From: Deltaproteobacteria bacterium
GTDB taxonomy: Bacteria; Lernaellota; Lernaellaia; JACKCT01
Reading direction: 5' to 3'
DNA length: 64,000 nt
Assembly: GCA_020845895.1 (NCBI GenBank)
Contig: JADLEX010000078.1
Span: 801 to 64,800, forward strand
The notes beneath the pieces were generated by a model, which ran no database searches, was not told the DNA's origin, and saw only the letters and a program-made list of their open reading frames with translations. The position numbers and the translations under genes were made by a program. The number at the start of each line of letters is the position of its first letter. Position 1 is the stretch's first letter. Of this stretch, positions 8,249 through 21,666 are shown in pieces.

Positions 8249-9718
8249 TTATCGGCGCGACTCTTCCAGGCGCTTGACGCGGTTCTCATCCACGCGCACG
8301 AACACGGTTTTCGTTTGCTCCACCACCACGCGGCCCGGCGGCGCGCCTTTGGGTTTGCGGACGTATTTGCGCTGCGTGTAACGCACCTCGCCCGCGCCCT
8401 GTTTGACGAGTCGCGACCCGCGCAGCGCCAGCGTCGCGGCGTCCAGCAAGGTTTCCGACGACAACTCCTGCCCCGGCGGGACCTTGACGACGACGTGGCT
8501 TCCCGACTCGCCCGAGACGTGGAACCACCAGTCGTTTCCCACGCCGATGCGAAACGTGACCTCGTCGTTTTCGCGGGCGTCGCGGCCGACCACGATGAGC
8601 GATCCGTCCTTCGCGACGTATCGCCTCGGTCCCGATAGCTGCGGCGTTGATTTCCGTGTCGTCGCCGCTGTGACGCCTATTGGATTGCGCGGTTTCGGGA
8701 TGAAATTTTCGGCCTCGGCGCGCGCGCGCAGAACGCCCAATGCGTCATCGGGCGCGCGCTCGATCTCCTGCGCCAACGCCGCGGCCAGATCCGCGCGGCG
8801 CTTCGCCTCGGGGATCTGCTCGGCGAGCGCCGCGAGCTTGCGTTCGCCGCGACGGGCTCGGGTAAACAACCGATCGACCTGCCCGGCGGCGCCCAATTTG
8901 GGATCGAGCACGATCACGCGCGCGGGACCGCCGTACCAATCCTCGATTTCGATACGATCCAGTCCCTTTTTGACGAGATGCATCGACGCGGCGAGATGCT
9001 CGGCGTCGGCTCGAAGGCGCACGGGGTCGCCGGCGTCCTCGGCTTCGCGCGTGAGTTTCGCCAGATGCTCTCGCGCCCGCTTCGCCGACTTGCGAACCGC
9101 GGCGAGCAATTCCGCCCGTGCGCGGTCACGCCGCGACCGATCGCGTTCCCGCGCGTAGAACCTTCCGATCGCGAACGCGATATCGCCCTCGCCGAAGTCG
9201 CGGACAGTGCGCTGCGCGGCCGGACCCTGGGCCGGCGGCGCGACCGCGTGCGGCGGCTGATAAACGTCGCCGGGCACGCAGGGGCGTGGCCCCGATCCCG
9301 CGCGCGCCGCGTCGAGCACGCGCCCTTCTCCGTCGATGACGATCAGGTTGCCGTGCCGGCCGAAGAGTTCGGCGACGAGCGTGCGAACGCCGTCCGCGCG
9401 CTCCACGGTCAGCGTCGCGACACGGTCGCCGGGCACGACGGCGAGTTCGACCACGCGACCGCCCTCGAGGTGTTTGCGCGCCGTGGCGCAGAACCGCGGC
9501 GGCGTGGGGTCATGCGCGACGCGCTCGTCGGCCAGCGCGATGTGCGCGAGGCCCGGCTCGCACGTCACGATGAGCCACGCATCCAGGTCGCTCCCGTGAA
9601 GCTGGATACTGAGCGTGTGGTCGGCCGTCTGGTAGATCTTCTGGACGCGCGCGCCCTCGACTTGGCCGCGCATCGCGTCGACGACGAAGGTCAACTCCCG
9701 CGATGTGAGCGTCACGCG
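8249..9718 (-). CDS. rqcH: NFACT-family protein (FbpA/RqcH-like ribosome quality control factor) with a C-terminal NFACT-R (DUF814) domain
   Basis: The C-terminal motif 'GRDARENDEVTFRIGVGNDWWFHVSGESGSHVVVK' matches DUF814/NFACT-R. GTG start at 9718 overlaps the stop of the upstream gene (GTGA). The longer N-terminal extension in the ORF track is Arg-rich junk overlapping the neighbouring gene. Confidence 0.65.
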   Translation of the reverse strand, partial: RVTLTSRELTFVVDAMRGQVEGARVQKIYQTADHTLSIQLHGSDLDAWLIVTCEPGLAHIALADERVAHDPTPPRFCATARKHLEGGRVVELAVVPGDRVATLTVERADGVRTLVAELFGRHGNLIVIDGEGRVLDAARAGSGPRPCVPGDVYQPPHAVAPPAQGPAAQRTVRDFGEGDIAFAIGRFYARERDRSRRDRARAELLAAVRKSAKRAREHLAKLTREAEDAGDPVRLRADAEHLAASMHLVKKGLDRIEIEDWYGGPARVIVLDPKLGAAGQVDRLFTRARRGERKLAALAEQIPEAKRRADLAAALAQEIERAPDDALGVLRARAEAENFIPKPRNPIGVTAATTRKSTPQLSGPRRYVAKDGSLIVVGRDARENDEVTFRIGVGNDWWFHVSGESGSHVVVKVPPGQELSSETLLDAATLALRGSRLVKQGAGEVRYTQRKYVRKPKGAPPGRVVVEQTKTVFVRVDENRVKRLEESRR

Positions 9719-10498
9719 GCGTCGTCCGGGAGTTCGAGAATCGTCAGCCGTTTTTCGTCGCGAAAAGGTCCGCAGTTGATGAATCGCGTGCGGTCGTAGT
9801 CCATCTCGCGTCGCCGGGGTTCGTGGACATGGCCGTAGTGGACCGTCCTCGGCGCGTGCGCGTCCACGTAACGCAGAAGTGCCTCGCTGCCGCCCTCGTC
9901 GCGATTCGCGATGCGGTCGAAACACAGGTCCTCGATCGCGGGCGGGCAGTGCACGAAGAGGTGATCGACCGGGCCGAGCGCGACGAGCCGGCGCTCGAAT
10001 TCCTCGGGCGAAATCTCGCCGGGCATGCCGAAGCTGTAGTTCATCTTCGGGCTGCCGTTCACGAATCCCAGCCGCGCGCCGTTCAGATCCAGTACGTGCG
10101 TCTCTTCGATGTACCGGATGTTGGGACGCAGATTGGCGCGCAGTTGCGGCGGAAAATCGACGTTGCCGTTGATGAGATAAACCTCGCAGGGAATCTTCGA
10201 AAACAGTTCGCGGTAGCACTCGCCGGTGCGCTCGGCGATTTTTCCGAACAGATCCTCGATTCCCGCCGCGGTTTTCACCATCACCTTCTTGGCTTCGGCG
10301 AGGCGGTTTTGCGCGGTGAGCTCGATGACCTGCTCGATGGTTTCGCGATCGACGAATTCGGCGAGCAGTCCCGACCGATCGGAGTAGTCGATGATGTTGA
10401 TGAAATCGCCGAGCAAAAAGCACAGGTCTTCGCCGTCCAACTGCGCGACGAGGTCGTCGTACGCGCCGTGGATATCGCTGGCGATCTTGATGCGCACG
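9712..10498 (-). CDS. Calcineurin-like metallophosphoesterase
   Basis: Motifs 'DIHG', 'GDF', 'GNVD' and 'GHVH' are in canonical order. GTG start at 10498 is preceded by GGAAG. The upstream portion of the ORF-track entry is antisense junk. Confidence 0.7.
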
Positions 10499-10508
10499 AT
10501 CGCTTCCG

Positions 10509-12437
10509 TTATCGGGCGGCGCGGATGCCGTCGAGGGCGTCCAGATTCGCGCACGACGCGGTATCGCCCGGGTCCTGACCCAGATACACCTTCTTGATGG
10601 TGCCGCGCAGAATCTTGGCCGAGCGCGTCTTGGGCAGATCGCTCACGAAGACGAGCACGCCGGGGCGCAGCGTCTTGCCCAGATGCCGGACGACTTGATC
10701 CTTGAGTTCGGCGCGAAGTTCCTCGCTCGGCTCGTGACCCGGCGCGAGCACGACGAAGCAGCCGACCGTCTCGCCCTTCAGATCGTCGGGCAGACCCACC
10801 GCCGCGGATTCCATAACGGACGGGTGCTCCATGAGCGCCGACTCGATCTCGGCGGGCCCGGTGCGTTTGCCCGCGACCTTGATCGTGTCGTCCGACCGGC
10901 CGCGCAGATACCAGAAGCCCTGCTCGTCCACCTCGGCCCAGTCGCCGTGAAACCAGATGTTCGGGAACTTCGAGAAATACGTGTCGAGGTATCGCTGCCG
11001 GTCGCCCAGGAATCCCTTGGTCATCGACGGCGCGGGCTGCTTGCAGACCAGGTGCCCGATGCCGGTCTTGATCGGATGCCCGTCCTCGTCGAACACGTCC
11101 ACGTCCATGCCGAGCGCGGGGCCGGCCAGCGTGCAGGGGGTCAGCTCGGTCACGGGGTTCGGGCTCAGGTGACAGCCGACGATCTCGGTGCCGCCGCTGA
11201 TGTTGATGATCGGCACGCGCGACTCGCCGACGTTTTCGAACAGCCACATATACGACTCGGGATCCCACGGCTCGCCCGTCGAACCGAAATAGCGCAGCGA
11301 CGTGCGGTCATACTTTTTTACGTACGACAGATCGGATTGCTGAAGCAGCCGGATCGCCGTGGGCGAAACGCCCAGGTGCGTGACGCGAAATCGCTCGACC
11401 ATCTCCCACAGCCGCCCGGCGTCGGGGTAGTTCGGCACGCCCTCGAAGATGACGAAGCTCGCGCCGAAGTGCGCGACGCCGATCATCTCCCACGGCCCCA
11501 TCATCCAGCCGATGTCGGTCACCCAGAAGAATCGCGAGTCGGGCTTCACGTCGAAGGCGTACCCGAGTTCTTTCGCCATTTGCGCGATGCAGCCCGCGTG
11601 CGTGTGGACGGTGCCCTTGGGCCGCCCCGTCGTGCCCGACGTGTAGATGATGAGCGCGGTGTCCTCGGCCTCGCAGATCTCGGTCGGCGCGTCGTCGCCG
11701 TGGTCCGCGACGAAGTCGGCGTAGCGCACATCGCGGCCGTCCGTCATCGGCACCGCTTGTCCGGTTCGGGCGACCACCACCACGGTCGTCACGGTCTTCG
11801 CGAGGTCCACGGCCTTGTCGGCCTCATTCTTCAGCGGCACGGGCTTGCCGCGCCGGAACGAGCCGTCCGCCGTGAACAGCAGTTTCGCGCCGGCGTCCTC
11901 CAGGCGCACCGCCAGCGCCGATGGCCCGAAGCCCGAGAAGACGGGAATCGCCACCGCGCCGATCTTGAGGATCGCGAAAAACACCACGACGATCTCGGGT
12001 GCCATCGGCATATAGATGCCGACCGCGTCGCCCTTTTTCACGCCGTGCGCGCGCATGGCGTTCGCGAGCCGGCAGACCTCGCGGTTCAGCCGGTCGTAGG
12101 TGTAGGTCGTGGGCTCGCGGTCGTCGCACTCGTGCGTGAAGCAGATGTGATCGCCGCGGCCGTCGCGGATGTGCCGGTCGACCGTGTTGAGCACGACGTT
12201 GGTCTTGCCGCCGACGAACCAGCGCGCAAAGGGGAAACCGTCGGCCTGCGTCTGCGTGTACGGCGCGTACCACTCGACGCCGAGGTCGCGGAGCGCCGTG
12301 TCCCAGAAGCGCGAGGTGTCGGCGACGGACCAGGCGTGCAGCTCGCGATAATTCGCCGCGCCGACCTGGCGCATCAGCCGCGCGATGTTGGAGTTTTCCA
12401 AATATTCGCCGGTGGGTTTCCAGATCACCTCGACCAT
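10509..12437 (-). CDS. AMP-forming acetyl/acyl-CoA synthetase (Acs family)
   Basis: Contains 'YTSGTTGRPKG' (AMP-binding P-loop), 'LPKTRSAKILR' at the C-terminus, and 'WxTDIGW' in the Acs-type N-terminal domain. Length is ~642 aa. Start refined to MVEVIWKPT at 12437. Confidence 0.75.
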   Translation of the reverse strand: MVEVIWKPTGEYLENSNIARLMRQVGAANYRELHAWSVADTSRFWDTALRDLGVEWYAPYTQTQADGFPFARWFVGGKTNVVLNTVDRHIRDGRGDHICFTHECDDREPTTYTYDRLNREVCRLANAMRAHGVKKGDAVGIYMPMAPEIVVVFFAILKIGAVAIPVFSGFGPSALAVRLEDAGAKLLFTADGSFRRGKPVPLKNEADKAVDLAKTVTTVVVVARTGQAVPMTDGRDVRYADFVADHGDDAPTEICEAEDTALIIYTSGTTGRPKGTVHTHAGCIAQMAKELGYAFDVKPDSRFFWVTDIGWMMGPWEMIGVAHFGASFVIFEGVPNYPDAGRLWEMVERFRVTHLGVSPTAIRLLQQSDLSYVKKYDRTSLRYFGSTGEPWDPESYMWLFENVGESRVPIINISGGTEIVGCHLSPNPVTELTPCTLAGPALGMDVDVFDEDGHPIKTGIGHLVCKQPAPSMTKGFLGDRQRYLDTYFSKFPNIWFHGDWAEVDEQGFWYLRGRSDDTIKVAGKRTGPAEIESALMEHPSVMESAAVGLPDDLKGETVGCFVVLAPGHEPSEELRAELKDQVVRHLGKTLRPGVLVFVSDLPKTRSAKILRGTIKKVYLGQDPGDTASCANLDALDGIRAAR

Positions 12438-12468
12438 GGCAGGACCCTTTCGTCGCGCATCGCGCGCA

Positions 12469-12507
12469 TGTGCATTCGGCAGCAGTCGCTCATGTGCATT
12501 CGGCCCC
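12469..12507. promoter_or_regulatory. Two copies of CATGTGCATTCGGC spaced 25 bp apart in the divergent acs-like/icd intergenic region
   Basis: Direct repeat seen in the sequence; candidate regulator binding site. Confidence 0.35.
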
Positions 12508-12646
12508 AGTCGGACCCGGGCGGGTGGTTGCGAAAAGAGCCTCAATATTGTACACGGTTCGCGTTCAATTGACCACGTTTTGAGCCCCCGCACAAAATGG
12601 CGGATTCGTGCATTGACGGGGCCGGTGTTCCCGAAGGAGGTGCTTC

Positions 12647-13861
12647 ATGTCAGGCGAGAAGATCACGGTAAAGGACGGCCGGCTCCAGATCCCGGATCGG
12701 CCCATCATTCCCTTCCTCGAGGGCGACGGAATCGGCCCGGACATCTGGCGTGCGTCGCAGATGGTGTTCGACGAGGCGGTCCGCAAGACCTTCGGCGGCA
12801 AGCGTCAGATCGTCTGGAAAGAGATCCTGGCGGGCGAGAAGGCGTTCAAGGAAACCGGCAACTGGCTGCCGGTCGAAACCACCGACGCCATCAAGGAATA
12901 TCTCGTTTCCATCAAAGGTCCGCTGACGACACCCGTGGGCGGCGGTTTCCGCAGCCTCAACGTCGCGCTGCGCCAGATCCTCGACCTGTTCGCGTGCGTG
13001 CGGCCGGTGCGCTATTTCGACGGCGTGCCCTCGCCGGTGAAGGCGCCTCACAAGCTCAACGTCGTCATCTACCGCGAAAACACCGAAGATGTGTACGCGG
13101 GCATCGAATACGAACAGGGCAGCGACCAGGCGCTGAAGCTGATCGAGTTCCTGAACACGACCTACGGCACCAACATCCGCGTCGATTCGGGCGTGGGCAT
13201 CAAGCCGATCTCGGTGTTCGGCAGCCGCCGCCTCGTGCGCAAGGCGATCCGCCATGCGATCGACAAGAAACGCGGCAGCGTGACGCTCGTGCACAAGGGC
13301 AACATCATGAAGTTCACCGAAGGCGCGTTCCGTAGCTGGGGCTACGACGAGGCCCGCGAGAACTTCGGCGAATTCACGGTGACCGAGGATCAGGTGTGGA
13401 GCGACTTCGGCGGCAAGACGCCGGCGGGCAAGGTCATGATGAAGGACCGCATCGCCGACGCCATGTTTCAGCAGGTGCTGCTGCGCCCCGACGAATACGA
13501 GGTCCTCGCCACGCCCAACCTGAACGGCGATTACCTGTCCGACGCGTGCGCCGCGCAGGTCGGCGGCCTCGGCATGGCCCCGGGCGCGAACATGAGCGAC
13601 GACGTGGCGCTCTTCGAAGCGACGCACGGCACCGCACCCAAGTACGCGGGACAGGATAAGGTGAACCCCGGCAGCGTGATCCTCTCGGGCTGCATGATGT
13701 TCGAGTACATGGGCTGGGACGAGGTTTCCGTGGCCATCCAGCGCGGCATCGAGGGCGCAATCGCGAAAAAGACCGTGACCTACGACTTGGCGCGCCAGAT
13801 GCCCGGCGCAACCGAGGTGTCGTGCTCCGGCTTCGGCGAGGCCATCTGCAAGAACCTCTGA
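12647..13861 (+). CDS. icd: NADP-dependent isocitrate dehydrogenase (prokaryotic homodimeric type)
   Basis: Strong RBS GGAGG. The N-terminus '[29 protein letters not shown]' and overall length (404 aa) match Icd. Confidence 0.9.
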   Translation: MSGEKITVKDGRLQIPDRPIIPFLEGDGIGPDIWRASQMVFDEAVRKTFGGKRQIVWKEILAGEKAFKETGNWLPVETTDAIKEYLVSIKGPLTTPVGGGFRSLNVALRQILDLFACVRPVRYFDGVPSPVKAPHKLNVVIYRENTEDVYAGIEYEQGSDQALKLIEFLNTTYGTNIRVDSGVGIKPISVFGSRRLVRKAIRHAIDKKRGSVTLVHKGNIMKFTEGAFRSWGYDEARENFGEFTVTEDQVWSDFGGKTPAGKVMMKDRIADAMFQQVLLRPDEYEVLATPNLNGDYLSDACAAQVGGLGMAPGANMSDDVALFEATHGTAPKYAGQDKVNPGSVILSGCMMFEYMGWDEVSVAIQRGIEGAIAKKTVTYDLARQMPGATEVSCSGFGEAICKNL

Positions 13862-13883
13862 TTCCGACCCGAAAGACCGATGC

Positions 13884-13907
13884 GGCCGGTGGGATTTTCC
13901 ACCGGCT
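13884..13907 (+). terminator. GC-rich hairpin (CCGGTGG-gatttt-CCACCGG) followed by a T-containing tail; likely icd terminator
   Basis: Inverted repeat immediately after the icd stop; seen directly in the sequence. Confidence 0.4.
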
Positions 13908-14038
13908 GTTCTCATGCGGCGTCGCGCGGAAGATGGCCCCCGTCATGGCGCTCACGAACGATCGTTTCTACGCTTCGTGCGAACTCTGAGAACGACACGG
14001 CGGTTTCGCGGGGCGCATCGCCCCGTTCGGAGGATGAC

Positions 14039-14926
14039 GTGGATAGACTCATCATCGACCCGATCGGCGCGACCGGCGTCCGATTCGACGAGGGCTTCGT
14101 CGAGGTCGAGCCGGGCGTGCGGCTTCGTGTCATGTCGTGGACGCCGGACGCGCCAACGGACACGGCGCCGGTCGTCTTCGTCGCGGGCTGGGTTTCTTCT
14201 GTGCTCGGGTGGGCGGAAATGATCCGCGAGTTGGCGGCGCATCGCCCGGTCGTCTATATCGAGACGCGCGAAAAGTCGTCGGCGCACGTCGCAAAATCGG
14301 GGCTGGGTCCGTCGGACTTCTCGATCGAGCGGATGGCGCGCGATCTGGTCGCCGCGTTCGCGGCGCTTCGCATCGACCACGAGCGCGCGGTGGTGGCGGC
14401 GAGTTCGCTGGGCGCGACCGCCGTGCTCGAGGCCCTCAAGCAGGGCCGTCTGCGCGCCCGGGCCGCGTTTCTCATCGGTCCCAACGCCGAGTTCAGCGCG
14501 CCGCGTTCGCTGCGGCCGATCCTCTATCTGCCCGCGGGGCTCTATCACGTCGTCAAGTACTTCGTGCTCTGGTACGTGCGCACCTTCCGCGTGGACACGA
14601 AGCGTGAGCCCGAGCAGTGGGCCCGCTACAACCGCACGCTGCGCGACGCGAATCCGCATCGCCTCAAGTACTCGGCCCGTGCCGTCATGGATTACACGGT
14701 GTGGAGCGACCTCGAGACCGTGGAGATCCCCGTGGCGGTTGCGTACGCGCCCACGGACAAGCTGCACGGCGCGGACAATATCCACCGAATTGTCGGGGCC
14801 ATGCCGAACGCGGTGGCGGTGGAGTGCGCGTCGAACAAGGCGATGCACGACGCGCGCGTGGCGCGGCGGATCGAGGACTTCATTTCGCGGTTGGAGGCCC
14901 TCGGCGGACGGCGCCGGGCCGTGTGA
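14039..14926 (+). CDS. Alpha/beta-hydrolase fold protein
   Basis: GTG start at 14039 sits 5 nt after GGAGG. The upstream part of the ORF-track entry overlaps the icd terminator hairpins. Contains 'VVFVAGW' and an alpha/beta hydrolase-like core. Confidence 0.55.
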   Translation: MDRLIIDPIGATGVRFDEGFVEVEPGVRLRVMSWTPDAPTDTAPVVFVAGWVSSVLGWAEMIRELAAHRPVVYIETREKSSAHVAKSGLGPSDFSIERMARDLVAAFAALRIDHERAVVAASSLGATAVLEALKQGRLRARAAFLIGPNAEFSAPRSLRPILYLPAGLYHVVKYFVLWYVRTFRVDTKREPEQWARYNRTLRDANPHRLKYSARAVMDYTVWSDLETVEIPVAVAYAPTDKLHGADNIHRIVGAMPNAVAVECASNKAMHDARVARRIEDFISRLEALGGRRRAV

Positions 14927-14971
14927 GAAAACGCGCTCGCGGGGCGGGCGAACCGGCCCCGTCGGCGGAAT

Positions 14972-15394
14972 CTAGTGAACCGTGCCGCCTTTTTTGAGCG
15001 CCTGACGGTGCAGCGCGCGCATCAGCGCGGCCTGCGCCCGGTTAATGTCGATCTCGGGATCGGCGTGCGACTTCGCGAGGCGCTCCTCGGCGCGCTTCTG
15101 GGCGGCCGCGGCGCGATCGGGGTCGATCTCGTCGGGCCGCTCGCACACCTCGGCGAGCACAATGACCTGATCGGAATCGATCTCCGCGTAGCCCTTGGCG
15201 ACGAACATCGACGTCGTCTGCGCATTGTTGGTCAGACGCAGCGTGCCGGTTCCCAGCAACACCATGTACATGTCGTGCCCGGGCAGCACGCCCATTTCGC
15301 CCTCGGAGGCGGGAAGCACCACCATGTCGGCCTCGCCCGCCGCGACCTTGCGCGTCGGCGTGACGATGTTCACGGTCAATTTGTCGGCCATCAC
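14972..15394 (-). CDS. atpC: F1 ATP synthase epsilon subunit
   Basis: The N-terminus 'ADKLTVNIVTPTRKVAAGEADMVVLPASEGEMGVLPGH' is a classic epsilon subunit sequence. Confidence 0.9.
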   Translation of the reverse strand: MMADKLTVNIVTPTRKVAAGEADMVVLPASEGEMGVLPGHDMYMVLLGTGTLRLTNNAQTTSMFVAKGYAEIDSDQVIVLAEVCERPDEIDPDRAAAAQKRAEERLAKSHADPEIDINRAQAALMRALHRQALKKGGTVH

Positions 15395-15404
15395 TTGCTC
15401 CCGA

Positions 15405-16919
<1,515 letters not shown>

Positions 16920-17795
16920 TCAGCCCTTCAGGGCCTCGGCGCCGTTCACGATTTCCGTCAGTTCCACCGTGATCGCCGCCTGGCGGCTGCGGTTGTAAAG
17001 CAGCGTCAGCCGGTCGATCATCTCGCCCGCGTTGCGGGTCGCGTTTTCCATGGCGTTCATGCGCGCGCCCATTTCGGCGGCGAAGCTCTCGAGGAACGCG
17101 CGGTAAAGCTGATAGTTCACCTCGCGCGGGAGCAGATCCTTCAGGATCGCCTCCATGCCCGGCTCGTACTTGTAGTCGAGCAGTCGCTCGCGGTCGTCGT
17201 CGATCGGATCGTCGGGAATCTCCACGGGAATCAGACGTCGCGTCACGATGCGCTGGCTGATCGCCGAGACGAACTCGTTATAGACGATGTAGATCTCGTC
17301 CGCGCCGCCCGAGTGAAAGTGCTCGATCAGCTCCTCGCCCACGCGCTGGGCGAGCGAAAAGTCGAAATCGCGCAGCAGGTTGAGGTAGCTTTTGCGGATC
17401 GGTTTTTCGCGCCGGTTGAAAAACTCGTACGCCTTGCGGCCCACGAACGACATCTCGACCTGGCGCTTCGATTCGAGGTCCGGCAGTTCGCGCTGGACGT
17501 GCCGGATGATCGACGAGTTGAATCCGCCGCACAGACCGCGGTCGGATGTGATGACGACCAGCTCGACCTTTTCGACGTGCTCGCGCCCGTGCACCAGGTC
17601 GTATCCGTCCAGCGGCGCGTGGTGCAGCAGGTTGTTGATCACGTTGTCGAGCATGATCGCGTAGGGCCGGGCCGCCTTCAGGCGTTCCTCGGCGCCGCGC
17701 AGCTTCGCCGCGGCGACCATTTTCATCGCCTTGGTGATCTGCTGCGTGCTCTTGGTGCTCTTGATCCGTTTGCGGATCGCTGAGAGATTCGACAT
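16920..17795 (-). CDS. atpG: F1 ATP synthase gamma subunit
   Basis: The N-terminus is 'MSNLSAIRKRIKSTKSTQQITKAMKMVAAAKLRGAEE'. Start refined to 17795, with GAGGAAG upstream. Confidence 0.9.
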   Translation of the reverse strand: MSNLSAIRKRIKSTKSTQQITKAMKMVAAAKLRGAEERLKAARPYAIMLDNVINNLLHHAPLDGYDLVHGREHVEKVELVVITSDRGLCGGFNSSIIRHVQRELPDLESKRQVEMSFVGRKAYEFFNRREKPIRKSYLNLLRDFDFSLAQRVGEELIEHFHSGGADEIYIVYNEFVSAISQRIVTRRLIPVEIPDDPIDDDRERLLDYKYEPGMEAILKDLLPREVNYQLYRAFLESFAAEMGARMNAMENATRNAGEMIDRLTLLYNRSRQAAITVELTEIVNGAEALKG

Positions 17796-17802
17796 GACTT
17801 CC

Positions 17803-19879
<2,077 letters not shown>

Positions 19880-19880
19880 G

Positions 19881-20588
19881 TCAGGCCTCCTCGACGCGTT
19901 GGATGTAATCGTTCACGAGGCGGCGCTGCACCGAGGCGTCGGCCTCGGTGGCGAGCCGCGCCTTGGCGGCCTCGACGACGCGGAACGACATCATGTCGCG
20001 CACATCGGCCATGAGTTTCGCGGTCTCGGCATCGATCGTGGCCTGCGCGTCGGCGAGCATGCGCTCGGATTTCGTCTTGGCCGCGACGATGATGTCGTGG
20101 CCCTGACGTCCGGCGGCGTCCTTGGCGTTCTGGACGATGCGGTCGGCCTCTTCCTGCGCGTGCGCGAGGCGGGCGGCCGCTTCCTGATGCAGACGGTCGG
20201 CCTCGGTGAGCGTGGCCTTGGCCTTGGTCACCGCTTCGTTCAGTTCCTCGGTGCGCTTGCGATAGAAGTTGGTGACGGCCTTTTTCGCGAGCCACACCAG
20301 CAGAGCCACGTAGAGCACGAAGTTGACGACCGACGCGACGACCTGACCGAGTGGGAATCCGCCGTGCGCGCCATGAGCCTCGCCGTGTGCGCCTTCCTGG
20401 CCCGCGGCTTCGTGCGTTGCGGCTTCGTGTCCCGCCGCCGCGTGCGGATCGGCGACCGGATGTTCCTCGGCGGGCGCGTCTCCTTCCGGATGCGACGGCG
20501 CGACCTCGCCCTGGGCGACCGCCCACGACGCCGACATCAGGATCGCCGCGATGCCCACTCCCAAAATCCAACGATGAATTGACGTCAT
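19881..20588 (-). CDS. atpF: F0 ATP synthase subunit b with an unusual N-terminal signal-like segment and a His-rich periplasmic extension
   Basis: The C-terminal two-thirds is a canonical b-subunit coiled coil ('VVNFVLYVALLVWLAKKAVTNFYRKRTEELNEAV...'). The N-terminus carries an extra hydrophobic helix plus 'HPEGDAPAEEHPVADPHAAAGHEAATHEAAGQEGAHGEAHGAHGG'. Confidence 0.8.
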   Translation of the reverse strand: MTSIHRWILGVGIAAILMSASWAVAQGEVAPSHPEGDAPAEEHPVADPHAAAGHEAATHEAAGQEGAHGEAHGAHGGFPLGQVVASVVNFVLYVALLVWLAKKAVTNFYRKRTEELNEAVTKAKATLTEADRLHQEAAARLAHAQEEADRIVQNAKDAAGRQGHDIIVAAKTKSERMLADAQATIDAETAKLMADVRDMMSFRVVEAAKARLATEADASVQRRLVNDYIQRVEEA

Positions 20589-20625
20589 TTCCCTACCCAA
20601 CCGGCGTCCCGAGGGTCGCCGCAAT

Positions 20626-21051
20626 TCAAGCCGATCGACCGATCAGACGATCCGCGAGTCGTGCCGCGAGCTTCATGGCGTGGGCGTCCACTTCGGCGAC
20701 GAGTTGCGCGCTCGCGGCCGCGAGTTTCTCCCGCGCTTCACCGACGAGCCGCGTCGCATCCGCCGTGGCCGCCGTCAGGATTTTGTGCTCCTGCTCGTGC
20801 GCGTCCTTGATGAGTTCCTCGCGAATGCGGTCGCAGTCGCTCTTCGTCTCCGACATGATGCCCGCGTACTCGGCGCTCTCGGCGTTCGCCTTGGCGATCA
20901 GTTCCTCGGCCATCCGCGCCGGCTCCACGTGCGCGCGCTCGCGGGCGTCGAGCACCGCGAGAATCGGCCGAAACAGCACGCGGTTCAGGAACCACATGAG
21001 GAACAGGAAGAGCCCGAGCTGATAGAAGAAGGTCAGGTCCAAACTGATCAT
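20626..21051 (-). CDS. F0 ATP synthase subunit b' (second b-type subunit)
   Basis: The N-terminal TM 'FFYQLGLFLFLMWFLNRVLFRPILAVLDAR' is followed by a coiled coil; position immediately upstream of b. Confidence 0.75.
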   Translation of the reverse strand: MISLDLTFFYQLGLFLFLMWFLNRVLFRPILAVLDARERAHVEPARMAEELIAKANAESAEYAGIMSETKSDCDRIREELIKDAHEQEHKILTAATADATRLVGEAREKLAAASAQLVAEVDAHAMKLAARLADRLIGRSA

Positions 21052-21054
21052 GGC

Positions 21055-21657
21055 TCACTCCGCGCCGCGAAGCCGGTCTCGTCCCAGGACGATGCCGATC
21101 TCGCTCAGTTCGAGCAACGGTTCGTCCTCGGCCATCCGATGGATCGCAACCAGCGATTCCACGGGGCCGACGAAACGACCCGAACCGGTGTAGACGTAGT
21201 CGTGCGAGGCCGTGTAACGGCCCGTCAGGTCTTTTTCGTGCGGTTGATCCGAAACAGCGCTCTCGAAGTTCTCAAGACGCACGCCCGTGGCGTCGGTCTG
21301 CACAATCCGCCGGATCCGCTCGCCGTGCTCGCGACTGGAGGTCGTGAAGCGGAACGAGAATCCTGTCTCCACCACGTCGTGGGCGGCGACGATCGGCGTG
21401 TCGGCCTTCGCGAACGTGTCGCGCGCGACTTCGAGCGCGGGCCATGTCTCGCCGGGCACGAGCACGTGTGTCTCGTTGCCGGCGAGGTGCAGCTTTTCGA
21501 GCACGCGATGCACGCGGCTTTCTCCCTGAATCCCGAGTTTTTCCGAGAAAACGACGCGCTCCGCCGCTTCGCCGAGCTTCGCACGCAGGGTCCCGAGCGC
21601 CTGCTCGCAGCGCGGCAGGTCGCATTCAAAGACCACTTCGACGTATGGCGTCGCCAA
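21055..21657 (-). CDS. Hypothetical cytoplasmic protein (200 aa), first gene of the atp transcription unit by position
   Basis: Its stop is 3 nt from the atpF' start and it is co-directional. I recognise no family. Confidence 0.45.
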   Translation of the reverse strand: MATPYVEVVFECDLPRCEQALGTLRAKLGEAAERVVFSEKLGIQGESRVHRVLEKLHLAGNETHVLVPGETWPALEVARDTFAKADTPIVAAHDVVETGFSFRFTTSSREHGERIRRIVQTDATGVRLENFESAVSDQPHEKDLTGRYTASHDYVYTGSGRFVGPVESLVAIHRMAEDEPLLELSEIGIVLGRDRLRGAE

Positions 21658-21666
21658 GAACGGCCC

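Noticed and set aside
10683-12572. 629-aa plus-strand ORF
   Set aside because: Antisense to the Acs-like synthetase; no recognisable domains.
13880-14038. Longer N-terminus for the alpha/beta hydrolase starting at ATG 13880
   Set aside because: That stretch overlaps two terminator-like hairpins after icd and translates to non-protein-like sequence. A GTG at 14039 with a GGAGG RBS is a better start.
20589-20624. Longer atpF start at 20624
   Set aside because: The codon there is TTG, only 1 nt from the atpF' stop. The ATG at 20588 (MTSIHRW...) immediately precedes the hydrophobic segment and is preferred, though the TTG cannot be excluded.
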